Shown here: positions 18,695-28,830 of the stretch, one piece after another
Layout of the letters: every line of letters starts with the position of its first letter
How positions within the stretch are numbered: position 1 is the first letter of the stretch
Notes under the pieces: model-generated
The model's database searches: none
What the model was told of the DNA's origin: nothing
Seen by the model: only the letters and a program-made list of their open reading frames with translations
Position numbers and translations under genes: made by a program
Assembly (NCBI GenBank): GCA_003152315.1
Contig: PLZV01000057.1
Location: forward strand, 200,065-264,064
Length of the DNA stretch: 64,000 nt
Reading direction: 5' to 3'
Source of the DNA: Verrucomicrobiota bacterium
GTDB taxonomy: Bacteria; Verrucomicrobiota; Verrucomicrobiia; Palsa-1439

Positions 18695-20088
18695 AACGGG
18701 GTCTTCGCTTTGTCGCCGTCGCGCTGGCGCTCGCATCGTGCGTCGCGTTGGTTTCCTGCGGAAAGAAGGGACCGGAAGGGCCGGAGGCCGCTGCCGAGGC
18801 CGGGAAACCGGCAAAGTATCACTGCCCGATGCATCCGTCCGTTACGTCGGACAAACCCGGTAACTGCCCGATCTGCAACATGAAACTGGTGCCGATTGAC
18901 AACTCGGGACATGACCGCGCGGGAGAGACCAGGGTGGCAACGAAGAAAATACTGTACCGTTCGTCGATGAACCCCAACGAGGTCAGCGACAAGCCCGGCA
19001 AGGACTCGATGGGCATGGAGATGGTACCGGTGGAGGTGACCGCGGGCGCGGGAACGGAACCACCCGGCCTGGCGTCGGTTTCAATCACGCCGGCAGCGCG
19101 CGAACGCATGGGGCTGGCTTTCAGCACGGTGGAGAGACGCTCTCTCTCTCGTGATGTTCGCACTTCCGCGCGCATCGTCCCGGATGAAGTGCGGCTCTAC
19201 CACGTCACGGTAAAGGCCGAGGGCTGGGTCGAGCATTTGCATGAGGTGACGAAGGGCGCCTTCTTCAAGAAAGGTGTGCCGTTGATGAAGATTTACAGCC
19301 CCGAACTGGTCACGGCGGGGGAGGACTATCTGGTGGCCTTGCGAAACCGTCAGAAGATTCTGGCCGCCGGCGGGTCGGCGAATCCTGACGCGGCCAGCGA
19401 TGCGGAGATGATGGTTACTTCGGCGCGGAAGCGGCTGGAACTCTTGGATTTTCCCGCGGCACAAATCGAGAGAATCGAGCGCACTGGAGAAGTGGAGAAG
19501 GAGATGACGATCTACTCGCCCGTCGACGGCTGGGTGGCGGAGATTAACATCGCGGCCGGCCACAAGATCAGGCAGGGTGAATCGCTGCTGGTCCTGGCCG
19601 ATTACTCAGTGGTGTGGGCGAACGCAGATGTGTACGAACCCGACCTGCCGTTCGTAAAGATTGGGATGCCGGTCGAATTGACGGTGCCGTACTATCCGGA
19701 TAAAGCGTTCCGCGGTGATGTGTCATTCATTTCGCCGACGCTCGATCCGGAGACCCGCACGGTGAAAGTGCGTATGAACATCCCCAACCCAAATCTGCTG
19801 CTCAAACCAGAGATGTACGCTGACGCGCGGTTGTCGTACGAACTCGGTGAAAGGCTGGCCGTGCCGGTGGGAGCCGTGATGTTTTCCGGCGACCGCGTTT
19901 ATGCGTTTCGTGACGGAGGTGATGGCCGACTGGTTCCTGTCCTGTTGAAACTGGGAGTCCGTAGCGACGGATACTTTGAAGTGCTCTCCGGGCTGAACGA
20001 AGGCGATCGCGTGGTCACATCGGCCAACTTCCTGGTGGACTCCGAATCGTCAATGAAGGCCGCCATCGAAGCGTTGGCTGGAAAATAG
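18691..20088 (+). CDS. cusB: RND efflux periplasmic adaptor (CusB-like) with N-terminal HMBD metal-binding motif
   Basis: Lipoprotein-like start, then YHCPMHPSV...CPICNM, which is the same HMBD motif as in copA. The C-terminal region is an HlyD-like barrel. Confidence 0.85.
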   Translation: MKRGLRFVAVALALASCVALVSCGKKGPEGPEAAAEAGKPAKYHCPMHPSVTSDKPGNCPICNMKLVPIDNSGHDRAGETRVATKKILYRSSMNPNEVSDKPGKDSMGMEMVPVEVTAGAGTEPPGLASVSITPAARERMGLAFSTVERRSLSRDVRTSARIVPDEVRLYHVTVKAEGWVEHLHEVTKGAFFKKGVPLMKIYSPELVTAGEDYLVALRNRQKILAAGGSANPDAASDAEMMVTSARKRLELLDFPAAQIERIERTGEVEKEMTIYSPVDGWVAEINIAAGHKIRQGESLLVLADYSVVWANADVYEPDLPFVKIGMPVELTVPYYPDKAFRGDVSFISPTLDPETRTVKVRMNIPNPNLLLKPEMYADARLSYELGERLAVPVGAVMFSGDRVYAFRDGGDGRLVPVLLKLGVRSDGYFEVLSGLNEGDRVVTSANFLVDSESSMKAAIEALAGK

Positions 20089-20091
20089 TCC

Positions 20092-23000
20092 ATGATCCGC
20101 AAGATCATCCAGTTCAGCGCCGCGAATCGCCTCCTGGTCATCATGCTGGTGGCTGCGGCGCTGGCCTACTCGTTTTACACGCTGGGCCACATCCGCCTCG
20201 ATGCCATCCCCGACCTCAGTGACACGCAGGTCATCGTCTCGACGAAATGGGACCGCAGTCCGGACATCCTCGAGGACCAGGTCACGTATCCGATCATTAC
20301 CGCATTGCTCGGCGCGCCGCGCGTGAAGGCGATTCGTGGGTTCAGCGATTTCGGGTTCTCGTATGTGTACGTGATCTTCGAAGACGGCACCGACCTCTAC
20401 TGGGCGCGCAGCCGCGTCAATGAGTACCTCTCGAAGATCGCGGGACAGTTGCCGACGGGAGTGACTCCCGAACTCGGTCCGGATGCGACGGGCGTTGGCT
20501 GGGTGTACCAATACGCGCTCGTGGACAAATCCGGCAAACACAGCCTCGCCGATTTGCGCAGTTATCAGGATTGGGTCCTGCGGTACACGCTCCAGAGCGT
20601 GCCGGGCGTAGCCGAGGTCGCCGGACTGGGCGGTTTCCAGAAACAGTACCAGGTGACCGTCGATCCCGTGCGGCTTCAGGCCTACGGCGTCGGCGTCGTG
20701 GAAATCATGGACGCGATCAAACACAGCAATAACGAAGTCGGCGGCCGCTTGATCGAGTGGAACGGCAAGGAATTCATGGTGCGCGGACGCGGCTACGTCA
20801 AGTCGACCGAGGACCTCGGCCAGGTCGCACTGAAGGTGAACAAGGAAGGCACGCCGGTACTATTGCGCGACGTGGCAAACATCGCCATCGGGCCGCAGAT
20901 TCGTCGCGGCATCGCGGACCTCAACGGCACCGGCGACGTGGTCGGCGGCATCGTCATTATGCGCCACGGGGAGAACGCACTCAACGTCATCGGACGCGTG
21001 AAGGCGAAGTTGCAGGAAATCAAGCCGTCGCTGCCGGAGGGCGTCGAGATTGTCTCGACGTACGACCGCTCCGAGTTGATCAAGAAGTCCATCCACAACC
21101 TGACGGACGACCTGGTTATGGAAATGATTATCGTCAGCTTTGTCGTTCTCTTCTTCCTCTGGCACATCCCCTCGGCGATTGTGCCGATCATCACGATCCC
21201 GATCTCGGTCGCGCTGGCGTTCATCCCGATGTACTTCATGGGCATCACCTCGAACATCATGAGCCTCGCGGGCATCGCGATTTCCATCGGCGTGCTGGTG
21301 GACGGCGCGATAGTCGAAGTCGAGAACGCCTACAAGAAACTCGAGCGCTGGCAGGAGGAGGGGCGGCAGGGTGATTTTCACAAAATTCGCCTCGAAGCGT
21401 TGCTGGAGGTCGGACCCTCGGTATTCTTCTCGCTCCTGGTAATCGCGGTGGCGTTCTTGCCCGTGTTCACGCTCGTGGACCAGGAAGGGCGCCTCTTCAA
21501 GCCGCTCGCGTACACGAAGACGCTGGCGATGGCCCTGGCTGCCCTGCTCGCCGTCACCCTCGATCCCGCCGTGCGCATGCTGTTCACACGCATGGAACCA
21601 TTCAAGGCACGCCCACGCTGGTTGGCATGGCTGCTGAACGGCGTTCTCGTCGGGAAGTATTACCCCGAAGAAAAACATCCGGTCAGCCGCGTGCTGTTTT
21701 GGTTGTACGAGAAGCCGTGTCGCTTCGTCCTGCGTTACCCGAAAACGATCATCGCGCTCGCGGCGTTGATCGTGGCGACGACCGTGCCCGTGTATTTCAA
21801 ACTGGGTTCGGAATTCATGCCGCCGCTGAATGAGGGCGCGGTCCTTTACATGCCGACGACGCTACCCGGTATCTCGGTGACGGAAGCGGCACGGTTGATG
21901 GCGTCCGAGGACCGGATTCTGAAACAATTTCCAGAGGTCATCAGCGTCCATGGCAAGGCGGGCCGGGCGGACACCTCTACCGATCCGGCGCCGTTCTCGA
22001 TGATGGAGACGGTGGTGCAACTCAAGCCGATGTCCGAGTGGAGACCGAAGCCGCGCTTCTTCTCCTCGTGGCCCGGACCGTTGCGCTCCGTACTCGGTCG
22101 CATCTGGCCCGAACACGTTTCATGGGACGACCTCATCAACGAAATGGATCGCGCGTTGCAGATTCCCGGGAGCGTCAACGCATGGACCATGCCGATCAAG
22201 AACCGCACCGACATGCTGGCCACGGGTATTCGCACGCCCGTCGGTATAAAAGTATTCGGCGCGAACCTCGATGAGATCCAGCGCATCGGCGAGAACCTCG
22301 AGGCTATTCTGCGGAAAGTGCCGGGCACGCGCAGCGTTTTTGCCGAACGCGCCGCGGGCGGTTACTTCGTGGACATCATCCCGAAACGCGAGGCAATTGC
22401 CCGTTACGGGTTGACCGTCGAAGACGTGCAGAACGTGATCATGACCGCCATCGGCGGCGAGACGATTTCGACGACGATTGAAGGCCGCGAGCGGTACACG
22501 ATCAATCTTCGTTACCCGCGCGATCTGCGCAGTGACCTCGATCAGCTCGAGCACGTGCTCGTCATGTCTTCGCTCGGACGGCAGGTGCCTCTCAAGGAGG
22601 TGGCGGATATCTCGCTCGTCAACGGCCCCTCGATGATTCGCGACGAGAATGGGATGCTGGCGGGTTACGTGTATGTGGACATCACGGGCCGCGATGTGGG
22701 CGGTTACGTCGAGGACGCCAAGCGCGCGGTCGCCGCCGAACTGAAGCTGCCGACGGGTTATTCGATTGTCTGGAGCGGCCAGTACGAGAATATGCTGCGC
22801 GTGCGCGAGCGATTGAAGGTCGTGTTGCCGCTGACCATCGTGCTGATCTTCCTGTTGTTGTACGCGAACACCAAATCGACGTTCAAGGCGGCGGTGGTCA
22901 TGCTCGCAGTTCCGTTCTCGCTCGTCGGCGCGGTGTGGTTGCTCTGGCTGCTCGGCTACAACATTTCCATCGCGGTCTGGGTGGGAATGATTGCCCTGAT

Positions 23001-23373
23001 GGGACTCGACGCGGAGACGGGCGTGTTTATGTTGTTGTTCCTGGATTTGTCCTACGACGAAGCGAAGCGCAATGGCAAGCTGCGCAATTTGTCCGACCTG
23101 CACGAAGCGATCATTCACGGCGCGGTGAAACGCATTCGCCCGAAGATGATGACGGTGGGCGCGGCCGTGATGGGCTTGATGCCGATCATGTGGTCCATAG
23201 GCAGCGGCGCGGACATGATGAAGCGCATCGCCGCCCCCATGGTCGGCGGATTGTTCACCTCGTTTCTGATGGAACTACTCGTCTATCCCGCCATCTACCT
23301 CCTGTGGAAATGGCACAAAGAAGTGAAACCGTCGCTCGCTCCGGAAGCCTTTGGGAAGATTCAGACAGAATAA
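20092..23373 (+). CDS. cusA: Heavy-metal efflux RND transporter, CusA/CzcA family
   Basis: 1093 aa with 12-TM RND topology. HME-family segments are present. Confidence 0.9.
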   Translation: MIRKIIQFSAANRLLVIMLVAAALAYSFYTLGHIRLDAIPDLSDTQVIVSTKWDRSPDILEDQVTYPIITALLGAPRVKAIRGFSDFGFSYVYVIFEDGTDLYWARSRVNEYLSKIAGQLPTGVTPELGPDATGVGWVYQYALVDKSGKHSLADLRSYQDWVLRYTLQSVPGVAEVAGLGGFQKQYQVTVDPVRLQAYGVGVVEIMDAIKHSNNEVGGRLIEWNGKEFMVRGRGYVKSTEDLGQVALKVNKEGTPVLLRDVANIAIGPQIRRGIADLNGTGDVVGGIVIMRHGENALNVIGRVKAKLQEIKPSLPEGVEIVSTYDRSELIKKSIHNLTDDLVMEMIIVSFVVLFFLWHIPSAIVPIITIPISVALAFIPMYFMGITSNIMSLAGIAISIGVLVDGAIVEVENAYKKLERWQEEGRQGDFHKIRLEALLEVGPSVFFSLLVIAVAFLPVFTLVDQEGRLFKPLAYTKTLAMALAALLAVTLDPAVRMLFTRMEPFKARPRWLAWLLNGVLVGKYYPEEKHPVSRVLFWLYEKPCRFVLRYPKTIIALAALIVATTVPVYFKLGSEFMPPLNEGAVLYMPTTLPGISVTEAARLMASEDRILKQFPEVISVHGKAGRADTSTDPAPFSMMETVVQLKPMSEWRPKPRFFSSWPGPLRSVLGRIWPEHVSWDDLINEMDRALQIPGSVNAWTMPIKNRTDMLATGIRTPVGIKVFGANLDEIQRIGENLEAILRKVPGTRSVFAERAAGGYFVDIIPKREAIARYGLTVEDVQNVIMTAIGGETISTTIEGRERYTINLRYPRDLRSDLDQLEHVLVMSSLGRQVPLKEVADISLVNGPSMIRDENGMLAGYVYVDITGRDVGGYVEDAKRAVAAELKLPTGYSIVWSGQYENMLRVRERLKVVLPLTIVLIFLLLYANTKSTFKAAVVMLAVPFSLVGAVWLLWLLGYNISIAVWVGMIALMGLDAETGVFMLLFLDLSYDEAKRNGKLRNLSDLHEAIIHGAVKRIRPKMMTVGAAVMGLMPIMWSIGSGADMMKRIAAPMVGGLFTSFLMELLVYPAIYLLWKWHKEVKPSLAPEAFGKIQTE

Positions 23374-23464
23374 CTGGAACGAGTGAATGATTTGAAGCAT
23401 CCTAGTAGCGGGTTCTTAGCAACCTTGCTTTCGCAGAAACCGAACAAACAACCAGAAGGAGGAG

Positions 23465-23839
23465 TTGATGAAAAAACTCGTTGCATTGAGTGTCGCGTTT
23501 GCCGTTGGTTTGATCATGGCGTGGAGCGTGCAGGCGGAGGATCAAAAGACCGATGCCAGCGCCCAAGTGACCGTCAAAGGCGAGGTGCTCGATATGGCTT
23601 GTTACCTCGACCACGGAGCTCACGGCGAAAAACACGCCCAGTGCGCGGCGACGTGCATTGAGTCCGGCTTGCCCGTGGGAATCAAAGGCGAAGACGGCAA
23701 GACCTATTTGCTGATCGGCGAACACAAGCCGCTCAACAAGACGCTGGCCGAGTACGCCGGCAAGACGATCACCGTCAAAGGCAAACTCGCCACCCGCGAT
23801 GGGATCAACCTGATCTCCAACGCGGAAATCCAGAAGTAG
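23465..23839 (+). CDS. Small secreted Cys/His-rich protein downstream of cusA (possible periplasmic metal-binding accessory protein)
   Basis: Signal peptide, then MACYLDHGAHGEKHAQCAATC. The protein is predicted to be beta-rich. No family recognised by eye. Confidence 0.5.
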   Translation: MMKKLVALSVAFAVGLIMAWSVQAEDQKTDASAQVTVKGEVLDMACYLDHGAHGEKHAQCAATCIESGLPVGIKGEDGKTYLLIGEHKPLNKTLAEYAGKTITVKGKLATRDGINLISNAEIQK

Positions 23840-23902
23840 TCAAGAGTCGGCAAGGTGTAACGGCCGGGCGCGCACCCTAGGCGATTTATCGCGTGTCATG
23901 GT

Positions 23903-24448
23903 TTGCGCCTTGTCGACGATGGCGAGAATAGAATGGTAGAGTTCCACGATTTCCTCCGGCAACTTAAGCAGCCCGAATACATCCACGTCCTGCTCAATCC
24001 GCTTCCTGTCTATGCCATGGCGTGCGGAATCCTGGCGCTCATCGTCGCGCTGATTCTGAGAAGCCAGCCAGCCCTCATCACGGCGCTTGTCGTGGTAATC
24101 TTCGCGGCTCTTTCCGTGTGGCCGGTTGGAGAGTACGGCGAACGAGCCTATAATCGCGTATATTCGATGTCGGATAAGGACGCACAGCAATGGCTGGATG
24201 TCCACAGGCACCGCGCCGACATCGGGTCGTGGGTGTTTTACGCGACGGCAGTCGTTGCCGTGACGGCCCTGGTGCTGCCGCGGTTCCGTCCGCGCACGCA
24301 ATTGCCGCTCGCGTTCGCGACGCTTGTCTTCACCTTTGCCTCGCTCGCGGCGGGCGCCTGGATCAGCCACGCCGGTGGGAAAGTGCGTCATTCCGAATTC
24401 CGCGACGGCCCGCCGCCCCATTCCGTCCCGCACGGGGAAGGGCACTAG
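23903..24448 (+). CDS. Hypothetical 4-TM membrane protein
   Basis: The ORF has hydrophobic segments. Start uncertain. Confidence 0.35.
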   Translation: MRLVDDGENRMVEFHDFLRQLKQPEYIHVLLNPLPVYAMACGILALIVALILRSQPALITALVVVIFAALSVWPVGEYGERAYNRVYSMSDKDAQQWLDVHRHRADIGSWVFYATAVVAVTALVLPRFRPRTQLPLAFATLVFTFASLAAGAWISHAGGKVRHSEFRDGPPPHSVPHGEGH

Positions 24449-24496
24449 CGATCATCTTTGCCGGCAAGCGATTTCACAAGCTACCATCGCGCGAGA

Positions 24497-27046
24497 TCAG
24501 TCGTCGTCTGACTTGCCCTTGCCGTGGGTGAAGACGAAGCCGGCGCGGGTGGGTGGGGGCATGGGGGAATCGTCGCCGCGAACGGAGCGCCAGATGACTT
24601 CGTTGAGGAGCAGGTCATCGGCGGCGTCTTCCTTGGAGAAATCCATCGTCCGCGACACCTTTTCGCCCCAGGATGTTTTCGTGTTCTTCTGCTGCAAATC
24701 GATCCGGGCGGGGAGGGCGGCGTAGGGCCGCACATCGGGCGTGCTTTGGAACGCGTTGAACATCGGAGTGGCGGCGGCATCAAACTGCGACATGGGTTTT
24801 AGTCCAAGAATCAATTCGATCGTCCGCAACATGCTGCTGGTGGAGTACATGGTCGAATCGACCGCATGGTGCTTCGCGTACGGGCTGACGACAAACCCCA
24901 GCGTGCGATGCGCATCGACGTGGTCGGCGCCGTTCTGCGCGTCATCTTCCAGGACGAAGATGGCGGTTTGCGACCAGAACGGTGAATGGCTGATGCCCTC
25001 GATGATCCGGCCCAACGCGGCATCATTATCGGCAACATAAGCGCTCGGCGTTCTCTTGCCCAGCCGCACGCCATTGGTATGATCGCCGGGCAGTCGGACC
25101 ACCTGCAGGCGCGGCATGTCGCCCTCGCCCTCGAATCGCTTGAGTTCCTCTAGGAAACGATCCGCCCGTTTCGCATCCGGGTATTCCAGGTCGAAGCCGC
25201 GATACTTTTCGTCGATATGCCCGCGCAGGGCTTTCACGCGCGGCACCGCCGGATCATCCGGTGTTTTCCCGTTGGCGACGAATTCGCCGTAACTGCGGTA
25301 GCTCACGCCGGCTTCCGCGGCGCGGTCCCAAAGATAACCGCCCGCGGGCGTGGCCATGGGGACAACTCCTTCCGCGGGGTAGATATACTTTCCGCGTTCG
25401 TTGTGGCCGTGCGGGTACTCGAGCCGCCACATCTTTTGCACGAAATCGGTCGCATACGCCCCCATCGTCCACTCGTGGCCGTCCGCGCTGACTTCAGCAT
25501 CGGCGTAAAAATTGTCGAAAAGGGCAAAGTCGCGGGCCAATTGATGGTGGTTCGGTGAAACTTCCTCCGGAAACAGGCAAAGCTTCGGATCGCCATTGCC
25601 TTCCGGCATGTCGCCCAGGACCTGATCGTAGGTGCGGTTCTCCTTGATGACGTAGAAGCAGTATTTGATCGGGCTCGGATCACCGGGTTTGAGTGGAATC
25701 GGGCTGTCGTTCGGACGGACGGCGGAAACCGTCGCGTCAGGTTTGAGCGGACTGCACCGATACGCTTCCACCGAATCAGCCACGAGTTGCTTTTCAAACG
25801 CCTCCCGTGCGGGCAGATCGATCACACTCAATGTGCCGTGAAGGAGTTCCGCAATGTATTGTGGCAGCGTTTCAGCGCGACTCTTCCGGCCGGGCTGGGG
25901 GCCGTTGGGGTTCGCCTTGGAAATGATTCCCTTGCCGTTGCTGACCAGTAGATGGCGGCCATCGGGCGTCACGCGAACGGAGGTGGGATACCATCCGACG
26001 GGAATGAAGCCGAGCGAATGACTGTGTCCTGGCTGGCTGACGTCGAACACCGCGAGGTTGTTGTTGTCCGCATTGGCCACGAAGAGCGTCCTCTCATCCG
26101 GCGTCAGCGCCAGGCTGTTGGGAGTGGACCCGGACGGCCAGTTGGGATACAGCGAAGCCGTCAGCGTTTCCAGTGCTTTGCCCGTCCCCGTGTCGAACAC
26201 GGTCACAGTATTCCGATTGGCGTTGGCGACGAAGAGGATCCTGCCAGAAGCTGTCAGCAGCATTTCGTTGGGATGTTCCTGGGTCGGCCAGCGGGCGGTC
26301 ACTTGCTGCGATTTCAGGTCGACAACGGCAATCTGCGCAGCGCCCCAAAGACTCACGTAGAGACGATGACTCCGGTTGTCCAGGCAGCAGGCATAGGGGA
26401 AAACGCCGACGTGATTCAGTTCGGTTTCGACTGTTTTGCCCGGCGTGGTGACGGTTTCAAATTCAGACCCCGCCGGCGTCAAAGGGATGTCGATGACTTT
26501 TCCGTTCCGTACATCGACTTCGGAAACGCTCTGACCATACAAATTCGCCACATAGACCTTTTTCGCGGCGGCATCCGGGACCAGGCCCGCGGGAATGCCC
26601 ACGTCCTTGATGTCGCGCAAGCGGATTTCGCGATGATCGGAGAGGAGCCCGTCCGTGAAATGAAAGCTATGGATCAGTTCTTCGCTGGCGCCGGTGCAGA
26701 ACAGGAGCGAGCCGTCACGGGAAAACGCGATTCCATAGAAAGCTTCTTCGAGCAGCGCGTTGGTCACCACCTTCTCGGTTACCAGGTCCACCACCATGAT
26801 TCCGTGATGGCTGTATCCCGAATGCAGAACGGCAACGTAGCGACCCTGGGGATGCACGGCGATGTTGATCGGGAAATCGCCCAATTCGATCTGTCGTCCC
26901 ATGGGGCGTAACGACCACTGGTTCGGCAGCAAAACGGAGCCGTCAGCTCGTTGACCGGGCAATTGAACCGGCGGCTTGTTGTCTTCCGCCGTCGAACCAA
27001 TTGCACTCGCGAACAAAATGACCAGACCCAATGTGAATTTCCGCAT
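24497..27046 (-). CDS. Bifunctional YncE-like beta-propeller / phosphoesterase (phospholipase C - acid phosphatase family) protein, secreted
   Basis: 849 aa. The N-terminal half has YVTN-type propeller repeats (VAVHPQGRYVAV, KVYVANLYGQSVSEVD...). The C-terminal half is a phosphoesterase-like region (ENRTYDQVLGD, PGDHTNG). Confidence 0.65.
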   Translation of the reverse strand: MRKFTLGLVILFASAIGSTAEDNKPPVQLPGQRADGSVLLPNQWSLRPMGRQIELGDFPINIAVHPQGRYVAVLHSGYSHHGIMVVDLVTEKVVTNALLEEAFYGIAFSRDGSLLFCTGASEELIHSFHFTDGLLSDHREIRLRDIKDVGIPAGLVPDAAAKKVYVANLYGQSVSEVDVRNGKVIDIPLTPAGSEFETVTTPGKTVETELNHVGVFPYACCLDNRSHRLYVSLWGAAQIAVVDLKSQQVTARWPTQEHPNEMLLTASGRILFVANANRNTVTVFDTGTGKALETLTASLYPNWPSGSTPNSLALTPDERTLFVANADNNNLAVFDVSQPGHSHSLGFIPVGWYPTSVRVTPDGRHLLVSNGKGIISKANPNGPQPGRKSRAETLPQYIAELLHGTLSVIDLPAREAFEKQLVADSVEAYRCSPLKPDATVSAVRPNDSPIPLKPGDPSPIKYCFYVIKENRTYDQVLGDMPEGNGDPKLCLFPEEVSPNHHQLARDFALFDNFYADAEVSADGHEWTMGAYATDFVQKMWRLEYPHGHNERGKYIYPAEGVVPMATPAGGYLWDRAAEAGVSYRSYGEFVANGKTPDDPAVPRVKALRGHIDEKYRGFDLEYPDAKRADRFLEELKRFEGEGDMPRLQVVRLPGDHTNGVRLGKRTPSAYVADNDAALGRIIEGISHSPFWSQTAIFVLEDDAQNGADHVDAHRTLGFVVSPYAKHHAVDSTMYSTSSMLRTIELILGLKPMSQFDAAATPMFNAFQSTPDVRPYAALPARIDLQQKNTKTSWGEKVSRTMDFSKEDAADDLLLNEVIWRSVRGDDSPMPPPTRAGFVFTHGKGKSDDD

Positions 27047-27059
27047 AAGTTCTCCGTGT

Positions 27060-28409
27060 TCAATCCTTGTAGCCGTGGGCCTTCGCGGGCCACGCGGCGA
27101 TGAACAGCAAAGTACCCAAAATGGAGATGATCAACAAACCGCGAAACGCCGCGTCCCAACCGTAATATTGCACCAGCGTACCCATGCCCCAGCCGGAAAG
27201 CAACGTGCTCGCGTAACCGAAAATGCTGGTCAAACCGATGGCGGTGGCCGCGGCGCGTTTGGTGGCGAGATTGGCGCACGCGATGGCCAGCAGGCATTGC
27301 GGGCCGTAGACAAAGAAGCCAATGGCGCACAGCAAGCTCGTGGTCAAGAGTCGCGATTGCGTGGGAACTTTCCAGAACAGCAGCACCGAAACCCCGGCCA
27401 GGGCCATGTAGATGACGCAGGCACGCACGGTGCGCCCGCCGAGAAACCGGTCCGAAAACCAGCCGCCGAACATCGCGCCAATAAAGCCGAACACTTCAAA
27501 GCCGGCGATCATCCATTTGGAGTCGACGATCTGGATGTGTTTGGCTTCCATCATGATGGTGGTTCCCCAATCGAACACGGCGTAGCGGAGCGTGTACACG
27601 AAGAAATTGGCGAGCGAGAGCAACCAAATGTATTTGTTGCAAAAGACGTGCTGCCGCACAAAGGCCTTGAAGTCCTCCTCGGAGCCGGTTTCCCCGTCCG
27701 CCATTTGTGTGCCCTCCACTTCCGGTAACCCGACCGACGGAGGAGTGTCTGGAAGCATAAACCAGATGACGATCGCCACGACAACGGCAATGGCCGCGGG
27801 AACGAAGAAACAGAGCCGCCAACCGGCGGTGACGAGAAATCCGCAAAGCAGGACAATCAGGATGCTGCCGATGTTGTGGGAAGAGTTCCAGATGGAGAAT
27901 TTGGTTGCGAGCTGTTTGGGCGGAAACCAATTGGCCATCAACCGCGCGCAGGGTGGAAATCCCATGCCTTGAAACCAGCCGTTGAGCATCCAAATGACCA
28001 GGAAGATCACCAGGGCAGAACTGAACCCGAACCAGATATTGAGGAGCGCGGAAGCAATCAGGGCTGTGGCCATGAAGACACAGGCATTCGCGCGGTCGGC
28101 CAGAAAACCATTGAGGAACTTGGAAATGCCGTACACCACTCCATGCAGCGTGAGAATCAATCCGAGGCCCTGCTTGGAGATGCCCAGTTCTTTGCCGATG
28201 ATTGGTTGGACGACGCTGAAGTTCTTGCGGACGAAATAAAACGTCGCGTAGCCGATGATGGAGAAAATCAGGACTCGCGTTTGCCAGCGCCGGTATCTCT
28301 CGGAAATCTCCTTGGGGTCCGTCAGGATGACCGCGGCCGGAGGAGCCGGCTGGAAGGCTTTCAGGAACCAACCGAGGGGTTTTGCGGCTGTCGATTGATG
28401 GTCCAGGAT
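27060..28409 (-). CDS. glpT: MFS organophosphate:phosphate antiporter (GlpT/UhpC family)
   Basis: GlpT-like sequence throughout. The frame is open up to the stop at 28413-28415, but there is no ATG/GTG/TTG upstream of the TTG at 28158-28160. The homologous N-terminal region (FLKAFQPAPP..YRRWQ..) is encoded upstream of that TTG, so the true start is non-canonical (CTG/ATC) or the sequence has an error. Confidence 0.7.
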   Translation of the reverse strand: MLDHQSTAAKPLGWFLKAFQPAPPAAVILTDPKEISERYRRWQTRVLIFSIIGYATFYFVRKNFSVVQPIIGKELGISKQGLGLILTLHGVVYGISKFLNGFLADRANACVFMATALIASALLNIWFGFSSALVIFLVIWMLNGWFQGMGFPPCARLMANWFPPKQLATKFSIWNSSHNIGSILIVLLCGFLVTAGWRLCFFVPAAIAVVVAIVIWFMLPDTPPSVGLPEVEGTQMADGETGSEEDFKAFVRQHVFCNKYIWLLSLANFFVYTLRYAVFDWGTTIMMEAKHIQIVDSKWMIAGFEVFGFIGAMFGGWFSDRFLGGRTVRACVIYMALAGVSVLLFWKVPTQSRLLTTSLLCAIGFFVYGPQCLLAIACANLATKRAAATAIGLTSIFGYASTLLSGWGMGTLVQYYGWDAAFRGLLIISILGTLLFIAAWPAKAHGYKD

Positions 28410-28731
28410 TCGCTACCTCGGAAAACACCAAGAACACACCATTGACGCAATTTCGTCAAGTTTCAAACCCAGCGGCAACTCGGGCCTCGCGCAAGGCCGC
28501 TTCTCTTCGCACCGGCTCGTGATGGTCCGCACTCCTTCGTCCGTCGAACCTCTCCTGCCACCCCCTCGTCCCCAGGACGCCGTCGGCGTCTGGATCGATG
28601 ACCACGCCAGCCTCTTCCGCGTCTGGAGCTGGTACTAGCTCTCGTCGCATGTTTTTTTCCCGCACTAGTAGAACGGGCGTACCGCCCATTTACCTCCGAC
28701 TACCGTCGCCTTCCGATGCGGCTTCCAGCCC

Positions 28732-28830
28732 AAACGAACCCGATTCTAAAAATCAAGTTGCGCCCTCTAACCAACTGAGGCCCTGCCATATACGCACGCA
28801 AATTCGCGTATTCAAATCGGGTTCGTTTCG
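28732..28830. repeat. Inverted copies of the same AAACGAACCC ... GGGTTCGTTTCG motif flanking ~77 bp
   Basis: AAACGAACCC at 28732-28741 and GGGTTCGTTTCG at 28819-28830. They lie in the intergenic region upstream of the GlpT-like gene. Confidence 0.55.

Noticed and set aside
20860-23118. 272-aa and 332-aa minus-strand ORFs inside cusA
   Set aside because: They are antisense shadows of the RND transporter. Their R/H/D/E-rich translations are not protein-like.
28745-28815. tRNA-like fragment (D-arm-like CCTCAGTTGGTTAGAGG and T-loop-like GGTTCG) between the inverted GGGTTCGTTT copies
   Set aside because: I could not fold an anticodon stem or acceptor stem. It is more likely part of a repeat or miniature element than a tRNA gene.
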